Origin: a virus
DNA length: 64,000 nucleotides
Reading direction: 5' to 3' (one strand)
Virus record (IMG/VR): IMGVR_UViG_3300042898_002514
The notes beneath the pieces are model-generated. The model saw only the letters and a program-made list of their open reading frames with translations. It was not told the origin of the DNA and made no database searches. Within the stretch, counting starts at the first letter, position 1; every line of letters starts with the position of its first letter. Made by a program: the position numbers and the translations under genes. This document shows positions 9,977 through 19,356 of the stretch, in pieces.

Positions 9977-10915
9977 ATGAAAGCAATTAAATTATCCTTA
10001 ATCACATTAGCCGTAGTAGCCCTAGCTGGATGTTCAACCGTACGTCCATGGGGCAGTACACAAATCAAAGAAGAAGCTACAGTTACAGACACAATCAACA
10101 AGAGTTTTGCCAATGTTCCTGCACCAGCAGGTCCGGCAGTGACAGTGGCAGTGTATGGTTTCAAAGACCTAACAGGACAGCGAAAGCCAAGTTCAACACT
10201 CAGCTTGTTTTCAACAGCAGTCACCCAGGGTGCTGAAGCATACCTAATGAAGAGTTTACAAGAAGTTGGTAATCGTCAATGGTTCACAGTTGTTGAGCGT
10301 GTTGGCTTGGACAACTTGTTAAAAGAGCGTCAGATGATCAAACAGACACGTGAGATCTACGAAGGCGCTAATGCCAAACCGTTACCACCATTGCAAATGG
10401 CTGGTGTTATTCTAGAAGGTGGCATTATTGATTATAACAGCAATACACTAACAGGCGGCACAGGTGCTCGTTGGTTAGGTATTGGAACATCTACCGCCTA
10501 TACTCAAGACGTGGTTGTGATCAGCCTACGTTTGGTCAGTGTTCAAACTGGAGAAGTACTAACCACTGTTACAGTGGAAAAGAACTTGCTCAGCACCGCC
10601 GACGGTGCCACTGCGTTGAAGTTTTTCAACCAAGCAACACAGGCATTTGAATTTGATTCAAGCCAAACATTTAACGAGCCAGGTAACTATGCCCTACGTT
10701 CAGCAATCGAAACAGCGGTTATTGAGTTGATTAAAAAGGGAGAGCGTGGTGGCCTGTGGCAATTCAAGGAGAAGTCCAATGAGTTGGTTCAAGCACAAAC
10801 CAAGACCAAAGACGCAGCCAAAACTGCATCCTCACCACAGCAGTCCGATAGCGGAAAAAGTGTTGAAGGAAGCAAAGAGAAGAGTATCTGGACACGAATC
10901 CAGTTCTGGAAGTAA
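9977..10915 (+). CDS. csgG: curli secretion channel lipoprotein CsgG
   Basis: Lipobox LAGC, VAVYGFKDLTGQRK, STAVTQG, VERVGLDNLLKERQMI. Confidence 0.93.
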   Translation: MKAIKLSLITLAVVALAGCSTVRPWGSTQIKEEATVTDTINKSFANVPAPAGPAVTVAVYGFKDLTGQRKPSSTLSLFSTAVTQGAEAYLMKSLQEVGNRQWFTVVERVGLDNLLKERQMIKQTREIYEGANAKPLPPLQMAGVILEGGIIDYNSNTLTGGTGARWLGIGTSTAYTQDVVVISLRLVSVQTGEVLTTVTVEKNLLSTADGATALKFFNQATQAFEFDSSQTFNEPGNYALRSAIETAVIELIKKGERGGLWQFKEKSNELVQAQTKTKDAAKTASSPQQSDSGKSVEGSKEKSIWTRIQFWK

Positions 10916-10943
10916 AAATAACCCACAAGGTTAGGAGCAAAAA

Positions 10944-11732
10944 ATGAAACAAACAATTATAACAATATTATTAGCAGCAGCATTTCCAGTAATGGCCCAG
11001 ACTGCTGTAACTGCACCAAGTGCAGCCACAATCCCAACAATGGTAACTGTTAGCCCTAACGCAACAGCCTCACTAGCCATTGCCACAACTAACCGCATCT
11101 TTATCGATCAAAGCGGTGACAATCCTAATGTCAATATGACACAAAATGGATCAGGTAACAAAGCAGGATCAGCTGCTCGTCCAGTATACCTACGTGGCAT
11201 TGATCAGAAGATTGTTACTAACCAAGTTGGTGCCAGCAACGAAATCAACCTAGAAGTAAAGAACGACACCACAGGCACAGGTGTTGGCGCAACCGTGACT
11301 ATTCAGCAGTTGGGTAACACTAACAAAGCTGACGTGGCCTGCGGTTATGGCAATGCCAGCGATGGAACTACAGCACTAACGGGATGTAAAGCAGCTGACC
11401 TAAACATGAAGTTCACAGGCAACAGCAATGAAATTCAATATCGTGGCACAGGCGACGACTTGAAAGCTGCTATTGATGTAACGGGCAACACCAACAAGTT
11501 CTTCATTGATGCTATTGGTGGCAAGCACACTGACACAATCAAAGTGGTAGGTGATACTAACGAGTTTAACATCAGTCAGCGTTCAACTGGTGCAGCTGGT
11601 AGTAGTGTTTGGGTTGACTTGGCTGGTAACAGCAACAAGTTTACTATCAGCCAAACTGGAACTATTGACAACGTGGTTAATATCAAAAGTATATCCAACA
11701 GCGGTATATTCAATATAACACAGAAGAACTAA
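10944..11732 (+). CDS. secreted curlin-like beta-solenoid protein
   Basis: Signal peptide; repeated Q-x-G-x-x-N units. Confidence 0.75.
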   Translation: MKQTIITILLAAAFPVMAQTAVTAPSAATIPTMVTVSPNATASLAIATTNRIFIDQSGDNPNVNMTQNGSGNKAGSAARPVYLRGIDQKIVTNQVGASNEINLEVKNDTTGTGVGATVTIQQLGNTNKADVACGYGNASDGTTALTGCKAADLNMKFTGNSNEIQYRGTGDDLKAAIDVTGNTNKFFIDAIGGKHTDTIKVVGDTNEFNISQRSTGAAGSSVWVDLAGNSNKFTISQTGTIDNVVNIKSISNSGIFNITQKN

Positions 11733-11741
11733 GGAACGGCA

Positions 11742-12920
11742 ATGAGAGTTGCTGCTCTTATCATAGGCTTGATCACAGCCGTGTCGGCATGGGCAGATAT
11801 CGGATCGGTTACTGAATCGTCCGGTACTGCTATTATCAAGCGTGGTAAAGATACAATTCAAATTGTCAAAGGCACAGAAATCAAAACCAATGACAAGATT
11901 GAAACTAAGAATGGAAAAGTCAAGATCGTTTTTAAAGACGATACGAACGTTACTGTTACTGAGTCGAGTAGCCTTATTATTGACGATTTTGTATATGATC
12001 CTAAAAGCGGTGCCGGAAAACTAGGACTTAAAGCTGCCGCAGGTACTGTGCGCTATGTATCAGGCAGTATTGCCAAAGACCCCAAGAATGTAAAAATCAA
12101 CACACCTACTGCGGCCATTGCTGTTCGTGGCACAGACTTTGTCATGGCTGTTAGTGAAACAGGCGCTAGTATGATCATGTTGATGCCAACCTGTGAAATA
12201 GAACAAAACGTAAACTTAAAAGGACTTACCTGCGGCAGTGGCGCTATTGATGTAGAGACACCGGCAGGCATAGTTAAACTTAATCGTCCTTATCAAGCTA
12301 CCTTAGTTGAAACATTAAATGGTATTCCTAGTCCTGCTGTTATTGTTGCTCTCAACGGCATGGCCATTGGCAACAACCTAATGGTTAATCCTCCAAGAAC
12401 TACTACTGGAGTCAGCGTGATCGCTGCTGCTCGTGCTGCTGCTGAAAAGACAGGCGATGCGAAGAAAGACGGCAAAAAAGACGACAAAGACAAAGATGAC
12501 AAAGATGATGCTAAAGATGGCGAAAAACAACAAGTGGCTAGTAAAGGTGAAAAAGGTGGAAGCAACAAGTCTTATAAGCAAGGACGTAGTGCCAATGAAG
12601 GCGATGAGAATTTAGACACTGCTACTAAGGTAGGATTAGATACTGCCGCTAACAAAGATGCCTTAGTCACTGAAGTGGCCGCAGTAAGCGAAACTGAAAA
12701 TCCCTACGTTAAGAAATTGTTTAAAGATAAAAGCGAAACACAACAAATAGGTTGGATGTTTGAAAGCCTAAGCCCTAACAGTCGCAACTATGCTAATGTT
12801 GTTATGCCTTTAGATACCAAAGTGCAGGTGATTGTTACACAGGACATGCAGACCAACAGTTGGAACTTCAGCAGTGGTAAAGCCGTGGGACAGATTGTTA
12901 TCAATCAGAACTTTAGATGA
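11742..12920 (+). CDS. FecR-domain periplasmic protein
   Basis: Signal peptide; INTPTAAIAVRGTDF. Confidence 0.85.
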   Translation: MRVAALIIGLITAVSAWADIGSVTESSGTAIIKRGKDTIQIVKGTEIKTNDKIETKNGKVKIVFKDDTNVTVTESSSLIIDDFVYDPKSGAGKLGLKAAAGTVRYVSGSIAKDPKNVKINTPTAAIAVRGTDFVMAVSETGASMIMLMPTCEIEQNVNLKGLTCGSGAIDVETPAGIVKLNRPYQATLVETLNGIPSPAVIVALNGMAIGNNLMVNPPRTTTGVSVIAAARAAAEKTGDAKKDGKKDDKDKDDKDDAKDGEKQQVASKGEKGGSNKSYKQGRSANEGDENLDTATKVGLDTAANKDALVTEVAAVSETENPYVKKLFKDKSETQQIGWMFESLSPNSRNYANVVMPLDTKVQVIVTQDMQTNSWNFSSGKAVGQIVINQNFR

Positions 12921-14800
12921 AAAAGATATTATTAGCTTTACTGTTCGTATGCTCTAATGCATTTGCTGACCTAACTGATATCAAGTTTGGACAAAGCCAA
13001 ATTGCCGACAGTCAGTGGAATGTCAATGCCTGTCTCAATACTACTACCTGCCAAATCTACAGTAAACAACCGGGTACTATGTATAAGATTCCTTGGTTTA
13101 ACGGAACCTGGAGTTGGCAAGCAGGACAATATGTTCAATTTGCAGCAACTGGTAATGGTAGTTACCCTTACGAAGGTAAAGTTTACAATAGCAATGGCAC
13201 ACTAGCAGGTACTATTGGCACCGGTAAGATTGTCAACATGGGTCCTGACTATTTCTTCTTTGTGGGCAGTGACAATAACACAGGACAGTTATTCAGTGGA
13301 TCAAGTGGTATGAATAACACTAACGGTGTTTCATGGACTGGCACACTTAACCCCACAGTAGCACAGGCCAACACTTATGCCAACGCTAACTATTCTACTG
13401 TACCGTTGACCGCAGGACAAACTGCTACAACTACACCGAGTAGTGCCCCGGCTGACTGGAAATTGATTAGAACTAATAGCACACCTGTGGTTATCAGCAC
13501 TATATTTCCCACTAGCAATAACAGTCCGTTTGGAGAAGGTGCAACACAGGCCTTTGACGGCAATGTTAATACCAAATATCTAAATTTTGACAAAAAGAAT
13601 GCAGGTGTAACTGTCAAACTAAGTCAAGGTCGAGTGGTTCAGAAATTTACTATTACAACTGCTAATGATTTTAGTGGCCGTGATCCTACTAGCTATAAAC
13701 TGTATGGTAGTAATAACGGTGCCAACTGGACACTGATTAAACAAGATAGTTTAAGTTTAAGCGAGTCGAGATTTTGGACTAGTCCCGAAATAGCGACAGG
13801 CAATACTACTGCCTATATCTACTACTTCATATTGTTTCCAACAACTAAAGCAGGGGAATTCTGTGGGTTAAACTGCGACAGTATGCAAATTGCTGAAGTT
13901 ACCTACTACTATGATTTAAATGATGGCGTTACTAGTACTGATACTGGTTCAGGCGGAACTCCTGCTAATCCAGGTCAAGCAGGCAGCGTTTGCGCCGACT
14001 GTGCTCCTACTTGGCCTTCTACTAGCGACATAACTGTAAATCAAACAGCGCAGAAGAATTCTGCTAAGAGTCGTGTTAGTAACATTACATTGGGCAACAG
14101 TTTATATCTTGATCAAAAGATTGGCAGTAGCGGTAATGCAATAACCATTGAACAAACAGGCAACTATAATAAGATCTCAGGCCTAGGTGGCACTGACTAC
14201 GCTGTCATAGACGGTGACAACAATACCTTAAACATCAAACAAGGTGATACCCTGGGTAAGAACTTGTTTGAATTCAGCGTCACAGGCAACACAAATAACA
14301 TTACCTTATGGCAAGCACGTAATCCTACAACTGGCTTACAAGACGGACAAGAGAGTGGTGGACACTATATGGGTCTAAATATCAACGGCAGCACAAACAC
14401 GTTGAGTCTAAAACAAAGCAATGACGGCGGAACTGCAAGTGGGCACTTTGCCTATGTTGATGTCACTGGTAATAGCAATCAAGGAACACTGAAGCAAATG
14501 GGCAACGGTGAGAAAACATTCTTTGGCGTTGTCAACGGTAATACTAATGTATTTGATGTTACACAACAAGGATCAGGCAGTTACTTTGATCTAAGCCTAA
14601 CAGGCAACGGGCACAATGTTACTGCCAGTCAAAAGGACGCAGGCAGTCACAAAGCCACTATCAACTTGACCAATGCTGGTGGCTCTAGCACAGTTAATCT
14701 AATACAACAAGGCACCACAGCACAAAACATTAATATTACACAACAGTGTGCTACATTATCTGGATGTAGTGTTTCAGTAACACAAGGCACGGGACCATAG
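12917..14800 (+). CDS. secreted protein with discoidin/F5-8C-like domain and C-terminal curlin repeats
   Basis: AFDGNVNTKY...RDPTSYKLYGSNNGANWT; QxGxxN repeats. Confidence 0.75.
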   Translation: MKKILLALLFVCSNAFADLTDIKFGQSQIADSQWNVNACLNTTTCQIYSKQPGTMYKIPWFNGTWSWQAGQYVQFAATGNGSYPYEGKVYNSNGTLAGTIGTGKIVNMGPDYFFFVGSDNNTGQLFSGSSGMNNTNGVSWTGTLNPTVAQANTYANANYSTVPLTAGQTATTTPSSAPADWKLIRTNSTPVVISTIFPTSNNSPFGEGATQAFDGNVNTKYLNFDKKNAGVTVKLSQGRVVQKFTITTANDFSGRDPTSYKLYGSNNGANWTLIKQDSLSLSESRFWTSPEIATGNTTAYIYYFILFPTTKAGEFCGLNCDSMQIAEVTYYYDLNDGVTSTDTGSGGTPANPGQAGSVCADCAPTWPSTSDITVNQTAQKNSAKSRVSNITLGNSLYLDQKIGSSGNAITIEQTGNYNKISGLGGTDYAVIDGDNNTLNIKQGDTLGKNLFEFSVTGNTNNITLWQARNPTTGLQDGQESGGHYMGLNINGSTNTLSLKQSNDGGTASGHFAYVDVTGNSNQGTLKQMGNGEKTFFGVVNGNTNVFDVTQQGSGSYFDLSLTGNGHNVTASQKDAGSHKATINLTNAGGSSTVNLIQQGTTAQNINITQQCATLSGCSVSVTQGTGP

Positions 14801-14801
14801 T

Positions 14802-14960
14802 ATGTTCAACGCCATAGGCTCATTGATGTTGGCAGGCATGCTAGCCCAGGAGCCTCGTTGTGTAAAATGGACTTGGACCGGGGATGTTTATAATCGTCGA
14901 GTTGTATGCTTAGAATGGACTAAGCCGCCACCCAAAGATAAGGATCCTAAGAAAACATGA
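14802..14960 (+). CDS. small secreted Cys-pair peptide (52 aa)
   Basis: MFNAIGSLMLAGMLAQEPRCVKWTWTGDVYNRRVVCLEW...; ATGA overlap with next gene. Confidence 0.6.
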   Translation: MFNAIGSLMLAGMLAQEPRCVKWTWTGDVYNRRVVCLEWTKPPPKDKDPKKT

Positions 14961-15442
14961 TTGATCCTATTACCCTTGGCATTGCTTTTACAGCCGCACA
15001 ACAATCAGTTGGTTATATTAAAAAGGCCATTGCCTTAGGCAAGGATGTCAACAGCCTTTACGGACAGTTTGCCAAGTTCTTTGAAAACAGCGATAAAATT
15101 CACAGTGCTAATGCAGCCGCACAAACCAGCAAAAAGATTCTCACAGACGGACAGATCAGAGCCATGTCAATAGAAATTGCCATGCAGAGTAAAGCCTTGC
15201 GAGACGCAGAAAAACAACTCAAAGAACTGTTGATATATAGTGGTAATAGTGATGTTTGGGAACAAATGATGGCTGAGCGTGTACGTATGTATAAAGAACG
15301 TGCTAAACTAGAAGCAGACTTAGCAAACGCTAGGATAAAGGCCAAATCAGATTTAATAGATAGAGCACTAATTTTTATAAGTTTTTCAGCATTAGCAATA
15401 CCTGCGTTTGCCTTTAGTTTTGCTATGTTAGTAAGATCGTAA
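14957..15442 (+). CDS. hypothetical coiled-coil membrane-anchored protein
   Basis: MIDPITL start, C-terminal TM. Confidence 0.75.
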   Translation: MIDPITLGIAFTAAQQSVGYIKKAIALGKDVNSLYGQFAKFFENSDKIHSANAAAQTSKKILTDGQIRAMSIEIAMQSKALRDAEKQLKELLIYSGNSDVWEQMMAERVRMYKERAKLEADLANARIKAKSDLIDRALIFISFSALAIPAFAFSFAMLVRS

Positions 15443-15447
15443 TCAAT

Positions 15448-15472
15448 AAAAAGCCCCTTCCGGGGCTTTTTT
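15448..15472. terminator. bidirectional intrinsic terminator
   Basis: AAAAAGCCCC-TTCC-GGGGCTTTTTT between convergent genes. Confidence 0.85.
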
Positions 15473-16130
15473 ACATTCTAGCTTTCTTATACTGCACTGC
15501 TGTTATTACCATCGAAGCACACCAAGGTAGCACAGTCTTAACCCAACCGGCTAAAGGTTCTAGCCAATCTTGCAATAGAGGTTCTTTGATAGCCATTTGA
15601 AATGCCACAGCAAATAATACAAAGCTGCCTACGAACACACTGTTGGGATACTTCTCAAGTATCTTGCTGACTAATCCAGCACCGAATAATATAATAGGTA
15701 CACTGATCAACAGGCCAGCAATGACTAACACAAAATTTCCATTTGCGGCCGCGGCAATACCAAGTGCATTGTCTATGCCCATAACTGCGTCAGCGACTAC
15801 AATAGTACTAATGGCACCCCAGAATGTGTCTTTGGCTTCAATGTCGTGATCACCTTCATCAAAAACCAACTTCCAGCCAATCCACAATAGCGCAGCACCG
15901 CCTATTAAGCGTAGCCCTGGAATCATTAATAGGTAGGTCAGTGCGGCTACAGAAATAAAGCGGATAGCAATAGCACCAAATGTTCCCCAAAGAATTGCTC
16001 GTTTGCGTAGATGTTCTGGTAATTTGTTAGCGGCCATTCCGATAACAAGAGCGTTATCACCGGCTAATACAATGTCTATCAAAATGATAGCGAGAAATGC
16101 CCAAAGGGCCTGGATCGTAAAGAGTTCCAT
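15471..16130 (-). CDS. TerC-family (YjbE/Alx-like) metal transport membrane protein
   Basis: IDIVLAGDNALVI, IVVADAVMGIDN. Confidence 0.92.
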   Translation of the reverse strand: MELFTIQALWAFLAIILIDIVLAGDNALVIGMAANKLPEHLRKRAILWGTFGAIAIRFISVAALTYLLMIPGLRLIGGAALLWIGWKLVFDEGDHDIEAKDTFWGAISTIVVADAVMGIDNALGIAAAANGNFVLVIAGLLISVPIILFGAGLVSKILEKYPNSVFVGSFVLFAVAFQMAIKEPLLQDWLEPLAGWVKTVLPWCASMVITAVQYKKARM

Positions 16131-16142
16131 ATCTTCCTTAAA

Positions 16143-16240
16143 GTTATGGTCTCACCGCTTTGTCTATAGACCGGGTATATGTATACCGTGTTGACGACCT
16201 ATAAAACCAACACCTGTTGGCTAGTTACTCCCCAAGGTAT
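16143..16240 (-). ncRNA. yybP-ykoY (Mn2+) riboswitch
   Basis: Minus strand reads UUGGGGAGUAAC...GUCGUCAACA...GGUGAGACCAU upstream of a TerC gene. Confidence 0.85.
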
Positions 16241-16258
16241 TTAGCGATAAATATTACT

Positions 16259-18319
16259 ATGAAAAAGCTACTATTAAACCCTTGGACCGCATTGGTCACT
16301 CTAGCATTAGTATTAGGCATCCGTCTTGTAGATCCTAGTTTTATTGAAAGCGTAAGACTACGTTATTTTGACACATTAGTAACTAGTCAACCTGCCAACG
16401 ATGTTCCTGTTTATACAGTCAACATTGATGAAGCAACTCTAGACAAGCTAGGACAGTTTCCTTTCCCTAGAGACATGTATGCTGATATCATTAAAGAGAT
16501 TTATAGACGTGATGCCGGACTGGTTGTGTTTAACGTGCTAATGCCAGAGAAAGATCGTTTTGGCAAGGATGCCGTACTAGGTGAAACACTTAAGAAGTAT
16601 CCTGTGGTATTACCAGCACTAGGAAGTGAACGTCAAAAGAATATTACTCATAGAACACCTGCACAAGTAATAGGCATGGATCCTAAGGGACTAGTTGTTG
16701 AGTATCCAGGATTGATTAGTAATGTGGAGCCGCAAGAAAGTCTAGCAGCAGGTGTTGGTATTGTTAATACATTTCCAGAGATAGACGGTGTTGTTCGTCG
16801 TATGCCCATGGTCATACTAAGTCAAGAAAAACTACATCCTAGTCTAGCATTAGAGACACTGCGTGTGGCTGCCAAGGATCCCAAGTTCCAAGTCAAGATT
16901 GGTGACATGGGTGTAGAAGCTGTGCGTGTTCCTAAGTTTGGCAAAGTACCAACGGACAACGAAGGTCGTGTTTGGATTGATTGGTCAGCAACGCCTAGAG
17001 AATACAGTTACATGCAGTTGCCTGAATCATTTGACGGCGGTATTGTTATTGTTGGACTCAGTGCTGCTGGTCTGGTAAACCCTGTTAGTACAGCCAAAGG
17101 TGAAGTATGGCCACAATACCTACAAGGTGCAGTCATTGGCACTATGATGACGCAGAGCAACATACAGCGTCCAGGTTGGGCTGACCAAGCTGAGATCATT
17201 GCCTTGCTGGCCGCTGGATTACTAGTACTATTTTTATCAAGGTGGACCTATGCTTTTATTCCTGTTGTTGTCTTTCTCGGCGGCAGTCATTTCGCTATAT
17301 CTTATCTATATGAAAACTCCAGAATCCTATTGGACGCCACTTGGTTTGTTGTTGGCTGTAGTCTGGTATACATTCACGCTTATAGTGTCAAATTTTTAAG
17401 CGAGTACTTGCAAAAGTCACAGATTAAGAAACAGTTTGGCAGCTATGTAAATCCTGTAATTGTTGAACGCCTACAAAAAGATCCTAGCTTTATTAAACTA
17501 GGCGGAGAGAAGAAAGACCTTACCATCATCATGAGTGACATGCGCAACTTTACTGGCCTAGGTGAAACCTATGGTGATGACGTTGTGGCATTTACACAAA
17601 CAATGAATCGTTATATGACTGCCATTGCTGAACCTATACTGCGCAACAATGGATGCTTGATCAAGTTCATTGGTGATGCTAGTCTGCACGTTCATGGTGC
17701 TCCGATCCAAGAGCTTCAAGATCCTGATCATGCTCACGCTGCTGTCCGCACTGGACTAGAAATGATTCATGCTGTTGAACTGTTTAACATCGAACTTGAA
17801 CGAGAAGGAAAGCCACGTGTAGGTATGGGTTTGGGTATTAACACCGGTCCTACACTAATCGGTAACATTGGTAGTAAAGACCGATTTGGATATGATGTAC
17901 TAGGTGACTCAGTTAGTTTAACAGCACGACTAGAAAGTCAAACCAAGAACTATGGACAACTAATCATTATCAGTGAAAGCACAGAGAAGCGTGTTAACGA
18001 TCAGTACTTTACTATTCCTTTAGACTGTATTGCAGTCAAGGGCAAGACCATTGGTGTTAATATTTTTACTGTATTCTACATGCCTGATGAAACTGTAGCA
18101 GTTAAATGGAACACTGCCCGTGATATGCATAACGGTATGTTGACCTATTATAAGCAGCAAAAGTGGGATGACGCTATAGAATTATGCAAGACACTCACTG
18201 GTGAATTTGACGGCAATATGGATCACTACTATGAACTGTGGATTGAGCGTATAGCTGATATGCGCTCTAGAGATTTACCAAAAGATTGGGACGGTACCTA
18301 CAAAGCTACCTCGAAGTAA
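16259..18319 (+). CDS. CHASE2-domain class III adenylate/guanylate cyclase
   Basis: GQFPFPR, DGVVRR, 3 TMs, SDMRNFT, KFIGDA, YDVLGDSV...ARLE. Confidence 0.93.
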   Translation: MKKLLLNPWTALVTLALVLGIRLVDPSFIESVRLRYFDTLVTSQPANDVPVYTVNIDEATLDKLGQFPFPRDMYADIIKEIYRRDAGLVVFNVLMPEKDRFGKDAVLGETLKKYPVVLPALGSERQKNITHRTPAQVIGMDPKGLVVEYPGLISNVEPQESLAAGVGIVNTFPEIDGVVRRMPMVILSQEKLHPSLALETLRVAAKDPKFQVKIGDMGVEAVRVPKFGKVPTDNEGRVWIDWSATPREYSYMQLPESFDGGIVIVGLSAAGLVNPVSTAKGEVWPQYLQGAVIGTMMTQSNIQRPGWADQAEIIALLAAGLLVLFLSRWTYAFIPVVVFLGGSHFAISYLYENSRILLDATWFVVGCSLVYIHAYSVKFLSEYLQKSQIKKQFGSYVNPVIVERLQKDPSFIKLGGEKKDLTIIMSDMRNFTGLGETYGDDVVAFTQTMNRYMTAIAEPILRNNGCLIKFIGDASLHVHGAPIQELQDPDHAHAAVRTGLEMIHAVELFNIELEREGKPRVGMGLGINTGPTLIGNIGSKDRFGYDVLGDSVSLTARLESQTKNYGQLIIISESTEKRVNDQYFTIPLDCIAVKGKTIGVNIFTVFYMPDETVAVKWNTARDMHNGMLTYYKQQKWDDAIELCKTLTGEFDGNMDHYYELWIERIADMRSRDLPKDWDGTYKATSK

Positions 18320-18670
18320 TCAGTCGCCGGCAGCGCCTTTAATTTCTTCTTTTGTAGCCTTACGCTTGCCGATTGGCGGCCCTTCTTCTTCTGAAACTTT
18401 GTTGATTTCGTGTTCGGCCTTGATACGTTCGTACTCAATGGTCTTGCCACGTAGTTCCATGACAGTTTCTACTTTCTGATTCAACCTGATAAGATCGTTA
18501 TCAAGCATACGAATACGATCAATAAGAGCGATAAGAGTTCCATTGGCTTGTCCTATAACGGGTTTGATTTCTGTGGTAACCCAGGTCCACACGTAATAGA
18601 TGAAGTATCCCATGCCACCTGCGGCCACAATAGGAAAACCATATTTGTTTACTAGTTCTACTGGATCCAT
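18320..18670 (-). CDS. small membrane protein (YvrJ/holin-like)
   Basis: N-terminal GFPI TM plus coiled coil. Confidence 0.7.
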   Translation of the reverse strand: MDPVELVNKYGFPIVAAGGMGYFIYYVWTWVTTEIKPVIGQANGTLIALIDRIRMLDNDLIRLNQKVETVMELRGKTIEYERIKAEHEINKVSEEEGPPIGKRKATKEEIKGAAGD

Positions 18671-18671
18671 T

Positions 18672-18797
18672 TTAATTGTTCCTTAAAATTGCTAGGATCA
18701 AACGATCGTTTAATTCTTTCCATAATTCGGGTTGGGCGTCTTTGTCTATGTTAACGGCTACTGCATGTAGTAATGCTATCTCTTGACAGTCGATCAT
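18672..18797 (-). CDS. hypothetical 41-aa protein
   Basis: MIDCQEIALL... exactly fills the gap between paralogs. Confidence 0.45.
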   Translation of the reverse strand: MIDCQEIALLHAVAVNIDKDAQPELWKELNDRLILAILRNN

Positions 18798-18798
18798 G

Positions 18799-19077
18799 TT
18801 AATCTTTCCTTTGATCTGCTTGTTCTGCTCTACTGATACGATCGTAGTCAGGTTGTAGACCTAATGCATGACTTACTTTAACATCAATACGCTGTAGTTG
18901 ATTGGTCATGGTGTCAACACGACTGTCTAGGCCTTTGATAATTCCCCCCATTCCATTTACACTGCTAGTAACTCCAGCAAGGATAAATTTTAGTGTTAGG
19001 AAAACAAAGTAGCCAGCCGCCATGGCACCTGCTATAGGAAACCCAAGTTCGGCCACTAGTTTAAAAAAATCACCCAT
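18799..19077 (-). CDS. small membrane protein (YvrJ/holin-like), paralog of 18320-18670
   Basis: LGFPIAGAMAAGYFVF. Confidence 0.7.
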   Translation of the reverse strand: MGDFFKLVAELGFPIAGAMAAGYFVFLTLKFILAGVTSSVNGMGGIIKGLDSRVDTMTNQLQRIDVKVSHALGLQPDYDRISRAEQADQRKD

Positions 19078-19261
19078 GTTCTTGTTCCCCTTCTTTTATG
19101 AATTTCTCCAGGGGGTCCAGCTTTCTCAGCATGGCTCGGCCGTCAATATTTTGAACAACAAAGCAGTCACCCGCTTTCCAGCCCAATTTATCAATGTTTA
19201 GTTCTTTGTCCAGAATGATAGATTCTGGGTTGACATCCCAATCGTAGTCGTAGTACTTCAC
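19070..19261 (-). CDS. hypothetical protein (possibly AbrB-like)
   Basis: GTG start after GGGAG SD; KLGWKAGD motif. Confidence 0.6.
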   Translation of the reverse strand: MKYYDYDWDVNPESIILDKELNIDKLGWKAGDCFVVQNIDGRAMLRKLDPLEKFIKEGEQEHG

Positions 19262-19302
19262 CGATTCGCTCCCGGTATAATTTATATACATATTTAATCA
19301 GG

Positions 19303-19331
19303 TTGACAGAAATTAAAACTGACTGTATAAT
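19303..19331 (+). promoter_or_regulatory. sigma70 promoter
   Basis: Perfect TTGACA-17-TATAAT. Confidence 0.88.
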
Positions 19332-19356
19332 ATACATACATTACCTGGAACATTCT

